A stretch of DNA of 64,000 bases from Octopus vulgaris (taxonomy: Eukaryota), in NCBI GenBank assembly GCA_951406725.2, contig OX597816.1, positions 158,348,001 to 158,412,000 of the forward strand. Direction: 5' to 3'. Position numbers and translations under genes: made by a program. Shown piece by piece: positions 1 to 12,009 of the stretch. The notes beneath the pieces were generated by a model, which saw only the letters and a program-made list of their open reading frames with translations, was not told where the DNA came from and did no database searches. How positions within the stretch are numbered: the stretch's first letter is position 1; each line of letters begins with the position of its first letter.

Positions 1-637
1 TACGTGCCACCAGCATGGGAGCCAGTGAGGTGACACTGGCAACGACCCACGTTTGAATGGTGCTTTTTATGTGCCACCGGCGGCAAAGGAGCCAGTCAGG
101 CGGTACTGGCAATGAGCACACGAAACATGCATATATAATATATATATATATATATGCTTCTTTCAGTTTCTGTCTACCAAATCCACTCACAAGAAAAATA
201 TGAAAGTATATTTGGCCAGCCAAAAAAAAAAACCGGAATAAACAGGTTGAACACAGAGATATCTTCTACCAGTTAACCACTTCTCACAATGACTTAATAC
301 ATACTGTGTTACAATTACAAAATATACAGAATTAAACAATTCTGTTTTATTGTATCAAGAGAATGAAATCTCATTGAATCAATAAATTGCCTTGATGCAA
401 ACTTGGCTCAAGAAGAGGAAGACCATCCAGCACTCTTCCTAGAATCCTGGAAAACTTTGTTGGTCATTTGAACATATTCAACCAGAGCTATTTATATACT
501 TATGATTACTCAAAATGTTGATATCTTTAATGTTGCACAAAGGTGTCAGTAGGGCACGGATTAATAATTACAGACCTGTGTCACTTACATTCCACCTAAA
601 ATAATAATAATAGTCCTAGAGTGAATGATATCCAAAA

Positions 638-823
638 CTATAAACAGACACTTTTGAAAAATAGAGGCTTTTTAACGTCTAATATGGTTTCTCCCTGGGA
701 CAAAACTTCTTTAACAACAAACCAAACTGCCCAACATGTTTTCAAGAAACCAACCAATTCCTTACAGCTAGATACAGTATGGACTGAATGCATTTTATCA
801 TACCATAGCACTTGAGATGTTAT
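638..823 (-). CDS. Candidate terminal coding exon of the unrecognised minus-strand gene
   Basis: Acceptor TTTAGTCCTTTCACAG| is followed by 61 open codons in phase 0 (ITSQVLWYDKMHSV...FKSVCL*), matching the phase-0 end of exon 7936-7782. No homology recognised. An alternative acceptor near 3091 gives GWKIVTFKK*. Confidence 0.25.
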   Translation of the reverse strand: MTSQVLWYDKMHSVHTVSSCKELVGFLKTCWAVWFVVKEVLSQGETILDVKKPLFFKSVCL

Positions 824-1467
824 CTGTGAAAGGACTAAACACTTTTTTTTTTCATAATTTCTGCTCTGCAATTTGCAATGCTTTTTGTCGCTCTCATTTG
901 TTCTTTTCTTATATATAGACTTGTGTATGTTTGTATTGTAAGTATGTGTGTATGTATGTATGTATGTATATATATATATATATATATATATGTACATCAT
1001 GAAAAATAATTTTGGATACAGTTCAGAAAATAGTCAACAATTCATTAGAAGAAAGATTTTAGAAGATCCTAACATACATAAGAGGTGTTGTTTGTCTGGT
1101 TATTCGGAGGAGGTGGTGGTGGTTGAGCCTGATTTGACATTTTGTACATTGGTGTGAAGTTGTGAGGTGCATGACCTGTGAGAATTAAAGACAGAAACGA
1201 AAGTTGTGCATGAATTTGTGTGAAGCATGTTTCGAGAACAGAGATGAGTAGTTCTAGACTTTAAACACATTAAATACAAAAGCCAACATGTAAATAAGCC
1301 AGAAACAATTAAAACAATGGTCTCAGTGTAAATCATTGAATTACTATTTTATTTGCTTCTTTACATAGCCTTGTAGCTTTAGAAACTTAGTGGACTATAA
1401 ATAATAACACTAGAAGGGGTTTATGTCTTTTTATTTTCATAGGGTTTTATCAAACAGAAAAAAAATA

Positions 1468-2017
1468 CTAGGTCTGATCCAAAAGCATCAGGACTGTTGC
1501 TATGGTAACAGGGCTCATGTACACAGAGTGAAGCTGCTTAGCAGATTGATTTTGAACCCTGTTGTGTATGCATTCTCACCAACATTCTCACTCACTTCTG
1601 TTGTTTATGTAAATGCTTGGTAGTAAAGGGTGTAGAGTGCAGTTATTTCACCACACCACGGAGGTTCTATCAGTGACCACGGCAGAGAAAATTGAGCAGA
1701 GAATCTGCATTAAATTTTGCCAAAAGCTTGGTCATACCTACACTTTTTTTTCTTCTTTTCCTCTTTGCAAAAATCAAATCCCACATGAATGGGAAAAGAT
1801 TCCAAGATGCTGAGGAGATCCAAGAGAATGTGATAAGGCAGCTGCTCCCTATCTCAGAAAAGGAGTTCTGGGAATGCTTCCCTCAATGGAAACAACACTG
1901 GATAAAGTGCATGGCTTCAGAAGGGGACAACTTCAAAGGAGACTAAAATGCTGAATTGAAGTATGTTGTAGTTTTCTTTTTATAGCACCAGTCTTGATAA
2001 TTTTCGATCAGACCTCA
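1468..2017 (+). mobile_element. Internally deleted mariner (DD34D-type) DNA transposon
   Basis: TA-flanked TIRs (CTAGGTCTGATCCAAAAGCATCAGGACTG / CAGTCTTGATAATTTTCGATCAGACCTCA). The N-terminal EQRICIKFC motif is joined to a C-terminal LFAKIKSHMNGKRF...QWKQHWIKCMASEGDNFKGD*. Confidence 0.9.
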
Positions 2018-2513
2018 TATGTGTTAAGAATGTACACAGTTAGATATTGATAGCCATTGTGATGGATAGTGAAGAAAAAAGGTGCTTGTTAACTTCCACC
2101 TTAAATGAGCCAATGAGGCTAGAAATAGCAGCTAAATCTCCTTCGTATTACACTCTACCATCTTACAAAGGGAAAGTACACATAAAATAATGTAGTCTTG
2201 ATACTTTTAAAGAGAGAGGATAATCACAGCTGGAACCTTTCTTGATTATGATGGGCTAATTGGGATATCATGACAGACTTTCTATAGCAGACAATAATGT
2301 TGGGCTCCACTACTGCTCCGGCCTCTAATGACTCCCACTAGGCAGGAAACCTTCCTGCTGCAAGGTTAACTCAAGCCGAGTGAACTAGAGCAACATGAAG
2401 TGAAGTACCTTGCTCAAGGAGACAACATACTGCTTGGGATGGGAATCAAAACATATAGCTTTACGATCATGAACCCAACAACCTAATCAATATGCCTTGT
2501 GCTTCCATAGATC

Positions 2514-2696
2514 CACTAGGGTAGCTAGAGTGTGTGCTGCCCAGGGTGGCCCTTACATTTGCTGCACCCAGACCCCACAAAAAACATATATTGCCTACAG
2601 CAATAGCCTACAACAGGATGAAAGGTGGTACCCCATTAAAAGTATTGCCTTGGGCGGACTACCCCTACTGCCCCCCCCCCCCCAGCTACACTAATG
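2514..2696. mobile_element. hAT-type MITE
   Basis: Imperfect TIRs (CACTAGGGTAGCT / AGCTACACTAATG) and an 8-bp TSD CATAGATC / CATAGGTC. Confidence 0.7.
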
Positions 2697-3799
2697 CATA
2701 GGTCTGCTACATTGGGACTCAACAATTGCAATTGTTGTACACCATAGAAACACACACACATTATAATTGACCTTATATGTCTTATAAGGGAAAATAAAAT
2801 GAAATTAAATTAAAATCTGTGGAGTACAGATTTTAATTTAGTGTCATCATTGCAAAAATAACAAAATACTCATATTCGGTGTGTGAAAGAAGCAAAGTAC
2901 CAATTCAGTTATAAGAACTATCATGGACTCTGGACTACTTATAATATTGAGTATAGTTCCAGTGTACCGTAAGTAATGTACAAACTTCAGACTGAAGACT
3001 GATGGTATTCTTTTGTGACAAAGCTCCTTTGTGTAAAAGAGAAAGTTCATGTTTTTAATCATTATTTTTTAAAAGTTACTATTTTCCATCCCTGATTGAA
3101 CAAGGAAATAGCTATTGGTTGGTACAATATCTTTACTGTTCTACGTTTTTCCTATTGTTGATAATTCAACTCTCACAGTGAAACCTGCGAGTTTTATTTA
3201 TTTAACCAGGCAGACTGGGACACTCACGTCTTACTCAGGGACACATGTAACACAATGGCAGCAATGTGGTCAAAGGTCAACCATATTAACCAGATGACCA
3301 TTATGAAGATAAGAAATAACCATTAATGGAAAAAATATCTGGTCCAATGACTAAGTGATTAAAGAAGGCTAGACGACTGACCACAAAGTCATAAGATCAA
3401 ACGTCTTTGTGTTATGCCTCCTCTAAGCAAAGTACTCCTTTGAGCAAAGTACTCCTTTGAGCAAAGTACTAAACTCAAAAACCTTTCCCTCTATGGATAC
3501 AAAACATTAAAAATGCCACATTTCTCCTTTTCCTGAGAAAGAATAACATTAAACAGATAAACAGTATAGACTGTAGTATTTGCATAGTTCAAACAATGTA
3601 AATTGTTTTATACCATGAGGAAGAAGAGAAAACTTTAACACTAGGGAGCTACACTGCAAATAAAGGTTTGTGATTTTGTGTCCTAGTGTTACAATCTTTA
3701 GGTTGTTTTTTTTTCTCTTTCTGTTTCCAAAGAAGGACAAATGTCTGAAACATTAGACATCTTCTCCACACCATAAAACATATTCCATTGTTTGAACTA

Positions 3800-4013
3800 C
3801 AGTAAGCCCTTGACTATCACGGGTGTTACGTTCCAAAACCCAATAGGTGAAAATCTGCGAAGTAAAATCAGTACTGTACTATATATATTTTTTAATTATT
3901 TTTAAAGTATATATTTATTTTATTATAAATGGAAAACAACTCCACGGAGGAATCGACGTAAGCTTAAATAATAAACTGCGATAAGTGAATCGTGATATGG
4001 CAAGGGATTACTA
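3800..4013. mobile_element. Tigger/pogo-like MITE
   Basis: TA TSD; TIRs CAGTAAGCCCTTGACTATCACG / CGTGATATGGCAAGGGATTACTA. Confidence 0.8.
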
Positions 4014-4207
4014 TATTTGTATTATGGTTTTTAATGATGTAGTACATCTCTAGCTTCTTAGGATTCTACTGTTTCATTTGTACTTGTATAGATATCTAGA
4101 AAATAAATATTATTCAAGATAATATTAAGTAATTCAAAGCATTAAAAATATTAATAAGAATTACAGATATTTAACAATAATATGATAATATATATTTCAG
4201 TGAAACA

Positions 4208-4565
4208 AAACCATGTAAGAAGATTCTTTTGGAAAGTACATCTATCTTCGTTTATCACAAGTGTTTGGTGAAAAACAAAAACCACCTTTTTAAATAAATC
4301 AGTTATAAATGAATGATAGAACATGGGAAAAATAGGTTTTGTTCCTCGACCCCAGGTTTTCCTGAGCATTGTGGATGGCCACTGGTGCATGCTTTTGTAG
4401 TCTAAACAGAATCTTCGATTGTCAACCCATGTTATCACAGATCAATTTTTGTTAAGCATAACATGTCTCACAATAAGTGTATTGTATTATCCCAGATCAG
4501 TAACTAATGAATTAGTGATAAACGAGGATAGATGTACTAGAAAACAGAATCTACATAAAGGTTGT
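4208..4565. mobile_element. Unclassified MITE-like element with ~50-bp inverted ends
   Basis: AGTACATCTATCTTCGTTTATCAC (~4235) is the near reverse complement of GTGATAAACGAGGATAGATGTACT (~4514), with weaker pairing extending outward. Confidence 0.55.
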
Positions 4566-4789
4566 ACAAAACTGGAGGTAACAATGAAACGGAAAATATA
4601 CATTATTTTCAAGAATTATAAAAAGAAACAATATTTAATTTAATTTTTGTTTGAATTTGCAAAATGTAATTTACCTAAAATTCCATTTGGTGGCTGAGAA
4701 TATGTCTGTTTAAACGGTGGTCTGTAGTTTTGTTTGTTGGGTGGCTAAAATAATAATAATAATAATCATAAACCTCATTGTTGAGTAAA

Positions 4790-7010
4790 AATGTCTAATA
4801 CAAATGTATCAAATAACAGTGTTAATGAGGCTGGAACCAAAGGTGAAAGCCTTTCAACTGGCAGGTGCCCTGTGGTCGAGCAGCACAGGCCCAGTCGTCA
4901 TCTAGAAACTGCTTGTAAACAAAGCCAGAGGCAGAGAAGAAGGTGAGATAAGGAGGCAAACCGAACAGCAATTGAATGCTGGATCAGGAGTGAACCCAGT
5001 AGAACAGGATTCCGACAACAAATGAAAGTAAAATGGAATAAAATAGGACTCTTCGAAATAAGTGGGAAGGTGAAGATAGTGCCCATTATTGTTGGATCCT
5101 TGGGAACAGTATCAGAAGGCATTAAGGGGAATATAAAAGAAATTGGAATAGAGTGCCCAGTAGAACTGTTACAAAAGGTTTGCCTCCTTGGCATAGCCAG
5201 AATAATCAGGTAAGTATCAGATAGCTGAAAACAACGGATAGCATAGTACTGCAGGACGCAGGTAGCAAGCCCACTATGAATGTAAAACTCCAGGAGCTCC
5301 AATAAAACCCGTAATAAAGAGAAATGATAATTAACACTTATTGTGAGTTCTTTATAACTGAAACTAACAAGATTATTTGGGCTGCAGCTATGGTTGCTGC
5401 AGATAGAGTTGGATACAAAAGAAGAGAACAAACAGAAGGTAAAGAACCATTCTGGCGTAGACGAATTTGTGAGAAACAAACAAAGTTGAAAAAGATATTT
5501 AGGACAAGTTGATAGATTGAATAGAGGGGAATTGCATAACGAAAGCATAAGAATAATGCTGGAGAGAACATATAGAATAAGAAATAAAAGGTATGATGTG
5601 ATACTGGAATAATTGAAATAAAGCAAAATTGGAAAGGTATAACTATAGAGCAAAATAATTCAGGCAAATCAGAAGAAACTGTTTCAGGAACTAAATGGGC
5701 AATTATTACACATAACAATGATACCAAATACAGAGGAAAGCAGGGAATTTTGGAGAGGGGAACTGGGGACCAACTTGTAGAGCATAATGATGAAACAGAG
5801 TGGCTGCATGAAATCCAAGATAGGTTAAGAAATATAGAAGGCCAAGAAGACATAAAGATAACTAGAGAAATGATAAAAAAGCAGTTAAAAATATTCCCAA
5901 ATTGGAAGAGCCCAGGATCAGATAGAGTCCAAGGTTATTGGATGAAGAAGCTGAGAGGACTCCATGAAAGGATAGCACAACAGCTAGATGAGTGCTTGCA
6001 GAAAGGCACAGTACCCAGCTGGATGACAAAGGGAAAGACATTGTTGTGTGCCAAGGGTCCTGAAAAGGAGAATTTTGCATCCAACTTTAGGCCAATAACA
6101 TGCTTTCTGCTAATATGGAAACTAATGTCAGGTGCTTTGGCTGGTGAACTGTATAGATACATGGAAAACAGTGGGCAGCTACCTATTAGAGATCCAAAAG
6201 AGGAGCCAGGGAACGAAGGATCAGCTCTTAATTGATAATCTAATTATCAGGAACTGCAAGAGAAGACACATAAACCTGAGCATGGCATGGGTTGACTATT
6301 GTAAAGCATATGGTATGATACCACACTCCTGTATAATAAGAACAAATGGAAATGTATGGAGTAGCAGAAAATATGAGAAGCCTTATATGGAATAGCATGA
6401 AATGCTGGAGAATGGAATTGACAGCAGAGAATCAAGTATTAGGAGAAATGAAAATCAAGAAAGGTATCTTCCAGGGAGACAGTGTGTTCTCACTGATCTT
6501 CATGCTGGGAATGATCCCCTTGAGTGAAATCCTACAGAAAACAAAGTTGAGGCATGATCTGGGAAGAGGTAAGGGAAACTGAACCCCTTGCTATTCATGG
6601 ATGACCTAAAATTATTCACAAAAGCTGAGGTAGAACCAGACAACCTAGTCCAGTCTGTGTGGATTTTCTACAATGATATTAAGATGGAGTTTTGACTCTC
6701 AAAATGTGCTATGATGGCGATGAAACAAGGTAAGCTTTTCAGAACAGAAGGCATATGGTTGCCAAGTGGTAAAATGATGAAGGCAATTCAACCTCAATCC
6801 AGCTATAAATACTTGGGAATACTTGAAGCAGATGGAATCAAACACAACGGCATGAAGGAAAAGACAAAAAGAGAGTACCTATGGCGAGTGAGAAAAATAT
6901 TGGCTTCAAAGCTAAATGTCAGGAACATAATTTTGGCAATAAAATTGTGCAGTTACAGTAGTTCAGTATGGCACTGGAATCCTCAAGTGGACAGAGGACG
7001 AACTAAAGGA
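4790..7010 (+). mobile_element. Decayed R4/Dong-clade non-LTR retrotransposon (RT region plus an embedded RLE C-terminus/3' end)
   Basis: Frameshifted RT motifs [47 protein letters not shown] tail IVPIIVGSLG...LQKVCLLG at ~5070-5210. Starts next to a (TAA)n tract. Confidence 0.9.
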
Positions 7011-7255
7011 GTGCTTGGTGTACCCTTGTCAGATGGGTAGTATATTGGGCTTCATATATTTGCACCTCAGTCACTTTGATGGCATGTGCTGCTCTGTCAT
7101 TCAATAACACATAATATTTTGAAAATGGTGAATACCATCAGTTTTTTTACATAAAGTAAATTCTTATTCAATTTCATTAAAGCAGGGTTTATCTCATGGA
7201 ACCCCAGATTTATTTTATGGAATTCTGGGACTACTTGGCATCCACTTTTGGAACA

Positions 7256-7696
7256 TTAACCCTTTAGCATTCAGATTGGAATAATAATAGAAGGGTCAGT
7301 ACAAGGACAACGCTTGTTGAGAAGTAAGTGATATTTCACTCAGTCCTTATATTGATTTTACTTGCCTGGTTGTTACAGTTCTTATTGAGATGAGGATCCA
7401 TCGGGTTGGAACCACCCCTGTGCGCCATTGACGACAATAGTAACACCATCTCATCAGCAGGAAGGTAAAATAATGGCTTGTCAACTTCTTCAAGAAGCTG
7501 TGAATACGAACCTTTTATTCATATTGTTTCGAATTAATCCTACATTATCTGTGGCTTTGAGATTTCAATGATGTGATTGCTTATTTTCAGAATAACATTG
7601 TAAGGTAAGTGAGAGAAGCCAGATCTAGCCAGTTTGAGAATAAAACAAATAGAATATTCTGGCCAGATATGGCCGGTTTAAACGCTAAAGGGTTAA
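7256..7696. mobile_element. piggyBac-type (TTAA) MITE carrying a captured copy of the adjacent exon
   Basis: TTAA-CCCTTTAGC ... GCTAAAGGG-TTAA termini; internal 7278-7516 duplicates 7705-7932. Confidence 0.85.
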
Positions 7697-7781
7697 TAAT
7701 TACTGGAATAATAATAGAAGAGGACAACACTTGTTGAGAAGCAAGCAATATTTCACTCGGTTTTATATTGATTTTACTTAC

Positions 7782-7936
7782 CTGGTTGTTACAGTTCTTA
7801 TTGAGATGAGGATCCATCGGGTTGGAACCACCCCGGTGCGCCATTGACGACAATAGAAATACTATCTCGTCAGCAGGTTGGTAAAATAATGGCTTCTCAA
7901 CTTCTTCAAGAAGCTGTGAATATGAACCTTTTACTT
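7782..7936 (-). CDS. Internal coding exon of unrecognised gene ((E)VKGSYSQLLEEVEKPLFYQPADEIVFLLSSMAHRGGSNPMDPHLNKNCNNQ)
   Basis: Acceptor TTTGTTTGTTCCACAG|, donor CAG|GTAAGT, 155 nt. Only the phase-1 frame is open, and it matches the phase-1 end of exon 21278-20555. Confidence 0.75.
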
Positions 7937-8654
7937 CTGTGGAACAAACAAATACTAGATAGAAAATTGCTCATGAAGAATGTAGATGATGTTGGATGAC
8001 ATTCACATGGAAACAAAAATAATTTAAATGCTAATAAAATCACTAGAATTTGAAAAGACAAAGCAAATGTCAGACTGTGTCTGCAAGAAACAGTACATTT
8101 AGCAGCAGCAGCAGCAATAAAGATGATATATAATGATTGAGGTATGTTAGCAGACTGTGAGGAGAAGAAATATCAAACAGAAAATGAGTTTTATCACACC
8201 ACACCAGCTTAAAAAAAGGGAAAGGCATAAAATAATGTAATTCTAGATGCATCTATAAAGACAGGGTGATAATAACTGCATCATGAGTCAACTTAATCAG
8301 GGTTGGCCTAGGGTTAAACAAAAACATTCAAATGTTTAAAATAAATGAATATGAATTCAGTTATTTTCTATTATAAATGATACTATTTTCCTGCACCAAC
8401 CAATGTACAATATTGTACATTTCCTTAATAATTCTTTCATCCCTACTGCAACAATTATTGCAAGGTCTATGGTTCATTAATGAAGTCAGAATAAGACTCA
8501 ATATGTCTGGAGTTATTTCCTCTTATTTGTCAGCAAGAATTATATTAGTCATTGAATAATATGCTGTTTTATTCTCTCATTTCTTTTAAATGCTCTATAC
8601 ATCAAACAGCTACATACACACACACGCATACATTGATAGATACATAGAAAAATA

Positions 8655-8980
8655 TATTCATCACAAGGTCTGGCCCTTGTACAGTGGTAGCTTATGTGTG
8701 TGAATGACCCTAAGAGCAATGCCAGTAGAATACTAGCTCCTGGTAGGGCCTTCCATGACGGTCAGGTCCAAGGATAGAGGCTAGACAAATAGGCAGCATG
8801 TCTCCCCAGAAGTAAAAGTCAAGTTTGCACAGGGCCAACAACCCTACCTTGAAAATATCAAAGTTACAGAAGCATTGATTATAATCCAAAACCAACTCAA
8901 GAGAGGATAACCTAGAGCCAAGAACAGTGGAGAAAAGTCATTAATGGTCTATGTTCCATAGGGAACAAGGGCTTAAGTAA
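8655..8980 (+). mobile_element. Short RTE-derived element (5'UTR-like part joined to an RTE 3' end)
   Basis: Ends in an RTE-type C-terminus (EQWRKVINGLCSIGNKGL) with a TAAG tail. Confidence 0.5.
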
Positions 8981-9012
8981 TATATATGTGTGTGTATATA
9001 TATATCATTATC

Positions 9013-9283
9013 ATCATCATCGTTTAACATCCGCTTTCCATGCTAGCATGGGTTGGACGATTTTGACTGAGGGCTGGTGAACCAGATGGCTGCACTAGGC
9101 CGCAATCTTGATCTGGCAGAGTTTCTACAGCTGGATGCCCTTCCTAACGCCAACCACTCAGAGTGTAGTGGGTGCTTTTTACGTGCCACCAGCACGGGGG
9201 CCAGTCAGGTGGTACTGGCAATGACCTCGCTCGAATCTTTTTACGCATGCCACTGGCACAGGTGCCAGTACGCGACGTTGGTA
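9013..9283 (-). mobile_element. RTE 3'UTR-derived repeat with (GAT)n tail. Very abundant: other copies near 1-125, 13735-14146, 15380-15535, 15915-16225, 24815-25030, 25120-25555, 35721-35920, 40625-41310, 47800-48060, 49620-49895, 55300-55780, 58570-58820
   Basis: Shared GGTTGGCGTTAGGAAGGGCATCCAGCTGTAGAAAC core and GGACGTTAAACGATGATG end. The same sequence directly follows RTE ORF C-terminal coding sequence at 30460-31205. Confidence 0.85.
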
Positions 9284-9625
9284 ATATATATACACACACA
9301 CACACATACACGTAACATATGGTATAATTATAAATAGGGCAAATTTTAGCCATTTCTCCGCAGACTGGAAAAATGATGAACAACGTTAATCAATTTTCAA
9401 ACCTTATTGGGTTCTCATCATAAGCATCCACATTATTTTGACAATCTCCAGAGAAACAAGCAGCCAAACTGTTTATATACTCAACAAATGCAGCAGTTAC
9501 TCTATGAAGGAGTCCCTAATTTGCATACCGAAAGTGTTTAACACACTATCAATACCAGCAGCCTGTCAACGGGGATCTTAGTCCACACAGTATCAAGGTA
9601 TGATATAATATATACGTAATATACA

Positions 9626-9667
<42 letters not shown>

Positions 9668-10044
9668 GAAAACGAAGAGTTGAGATATATTCACATCCAA
9701 AACTTTTTATCAAAAAAGGTTTCTACAAGCATACATAATAATGACCAACATATGTTTCAATTGCAGCAACTACATATTGCTCTGTATGCAATTATGCATC
9801 CTAGTCACTGTAATTTCATCAAGGGTCCATTACTTATGATGTTTGCAAAGTGAACTAATTCAAACAAACTTCCTGTGTTGGTATTCAGCTGAAAGTGATA
9901 GCATTACTTTTTAAATCAAATTGAATTCTGGTCTTATAATCACCTCTACTGGTATTACAGTGGAATCATGGTTTATAAAATGTTCGTTCATATTACAATC
10001 AATTGTAGTAGTTTTACTTAGTAGTAGTAGTACATGTACTGCCA

Positions 10045-10372
10045 AAGCGGAAAGTGTAACCTCTCAAAAGAGCTGTTCTTCACTCCTGCTCCAGAGCGTC
10101 GGCTGCGGGGTCACTCCAAAAAGCTCTATCTGCGACGATTTCATCTCAATCAAAGGAGAGGGGCTTTCTCCGTCCGGGTTGCGGATCCGTAGAATAAGCT
10201 GCCGGACGAGATAGTGAAGATGCCGACGACCGCTCGGTTCAAAGTCTCCCTTGACCACAAATGGCCTGAACTCTTTGCATGAACACCACCCTGTACATAA
10301 CTCCATGTCCCCCTACATGGCCTTGCTTTTTGCTTTTTGAGCCAAAAAATTAAATCAACTTAACTTACTTAC
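10045..10372 (+). mobile_element. CR1-clade LINE 3' fragment
   Basis: Translates to RRLRGHSKKL...RRGAFSVRVADP*NKLPDEIV...FKVSLDHKW (CR1 ORF2 C-terminal signature), followed by a 3'UTR and (ACTT)n tail. Confidence 0.85.
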
Positions 10373-11223
10373 ATTTTACTGTATGGAGTGCATTATTTAT
10401 TCAGAGGTAAATCACTTATGTTGGGGTTTATACCCTCAGTTATTATTATTATTATTACAAAGACAAACCTATATATATATATATATATATAATTAAAATT
10501 AAAATGAGGGTGAAAAATTGGATATTAATTTGATAACATCAATTTTAACACCAGTGGTCTAGCATATAAGAAAAACTGAGATTCAGTAAATAGTATTATA
10601 TACATAAATATAAGTGGGAATTTTTTTACCACTATGTGGAAACCCTTATGCTAGAAGAAGATCTGCTATAGTCTTAACCACTAAAAATTGTTCTCTAGAG
10701 AACAATTCTTAGTAGTTATCAAACCTATATATATATATATAGGTTTGATAAGTGCCAATGCAGGAAATCATGGTCCTCGGTCACTTTTTGCTTCTGCTAA
10801 ATATTAATAATAATAAAAATATATGAATGAATATATATATGTAATTTGCCTCTTAAAATTGTGAGCAGTGAAACCTGTACAATTATACTGAGTTTCAAAT
10901 ATACTAAGTTTCAATTAAGCAGAGGTTTGTAACTAGATGCAAGGAAAATTCCAGTTATTTATCAATATGATAGCTGTTGAGTTGTTATTAAGTACAACCA
11001 CCTGTTGTGCTAAAATTACAGACATAATCCCCATGTTATGGGCTCCTGTGAAGATCAAAACATACATAGTTATGACAAGATCAAGACTACCCCTTAGACA
11101 CTAACAGCACTTCAATAAAGGATACAACAGCATTGGTAACTATCAATTTGGCATTGATAGTTTAAGAATTTAGAGAGATGCCTGAATTGCGACAATCCAG
11201 ATAAGATTCACAGATATCAATCA

Positions 11224-11980
11224 ACAATAGTGCCTTGATATATGAGTTAATATATGAGGCTGCTTGTAAAGTGAAAACCCATAAAGCAGAGCAATAATTT
11301 CCCATAGTAGCAATGTTATAAGTCGTAATTTGTTCCCAGAAAAATATTTTACCTATGAAATTTATAATGCTCGTAAATAAATGGCAATAAAATAACAGTA
11401 GAATGCAAAGTAAAATAATGTCAAGATCAATTATAATAAAAATAATATTATAATTGTTTTCACTTGGACTAGACCTGTGCACACCATCGCTTATAGACGT
11501 GATTGTTGATTCACAAGCACTCAGAGACAGACTTATAGATTTATTTTTAACATAAAAAAATAAGTCAAGAGTTGTTTACTTAGAAGAAGCTATTTTTCAC
11601 CCTCTTTAAATTTCTTAGTAACACGCAGAAGCACTTGTTATAGTAGTAGAAACGTTTGCACTTCATTCAAAATTTGGATCTTGAGCTTGAAAAATTTCCA
11701 TTTATCTAAATGTTGAAATGCTTCTGCAAGTCCTTTCAAATATATGGCATGAAGAATTAGCTTATAATAATCTCTCTCAACAAAGCACACTTTCAAAATA
11801 AGACATTGAAATTTTCTGCCGTCATTTTACTCCGTTGCTATATGCAGCTGTGTGGACACGTCAGAACCAGTGTTGCTACAAATACTAAATGACTGTTTGA
11901 CCTTTTTATATTTATTATAAAATAAAACTCCTAAAGCTGATGTCTCATAAAGCAAGTCCTCATAAAGTGAGGCATTACTG
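11224..11980 (-). mobile_element. Tigger/pogo transposon remnant
   Basis: TIR TA-CAGTAATGCCTCACTTTATGAG at 11980. The minus strand encodes a degraded Tigger-like C-terminus (LKGLAEAFQHLD...QDPNFE*SANV...CY). The left TIR is diverged. Confidence 0.6.
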
Positions 11981-12009
11981 TATATAAATATCAATTATTA
12001 CTAGCAACG

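Noticed and set aside
4898-5853. Long minus-strand ORFs (251 and 171 aa)
   Set aside because: Antisense shadows of the A-rich R4/Dong ORF.
9500-9550. Hammerhead-like CTATGAAGG...CCGAAA
   Set aside because: The core lacks G5 and there is no convincing stem I or cleavage triplet.
10064-10306. 80-aa minus-strand ORF in a GC-rich patch
   Set aside because: It is the antisense of a CR1 ORF2 3' fragment.
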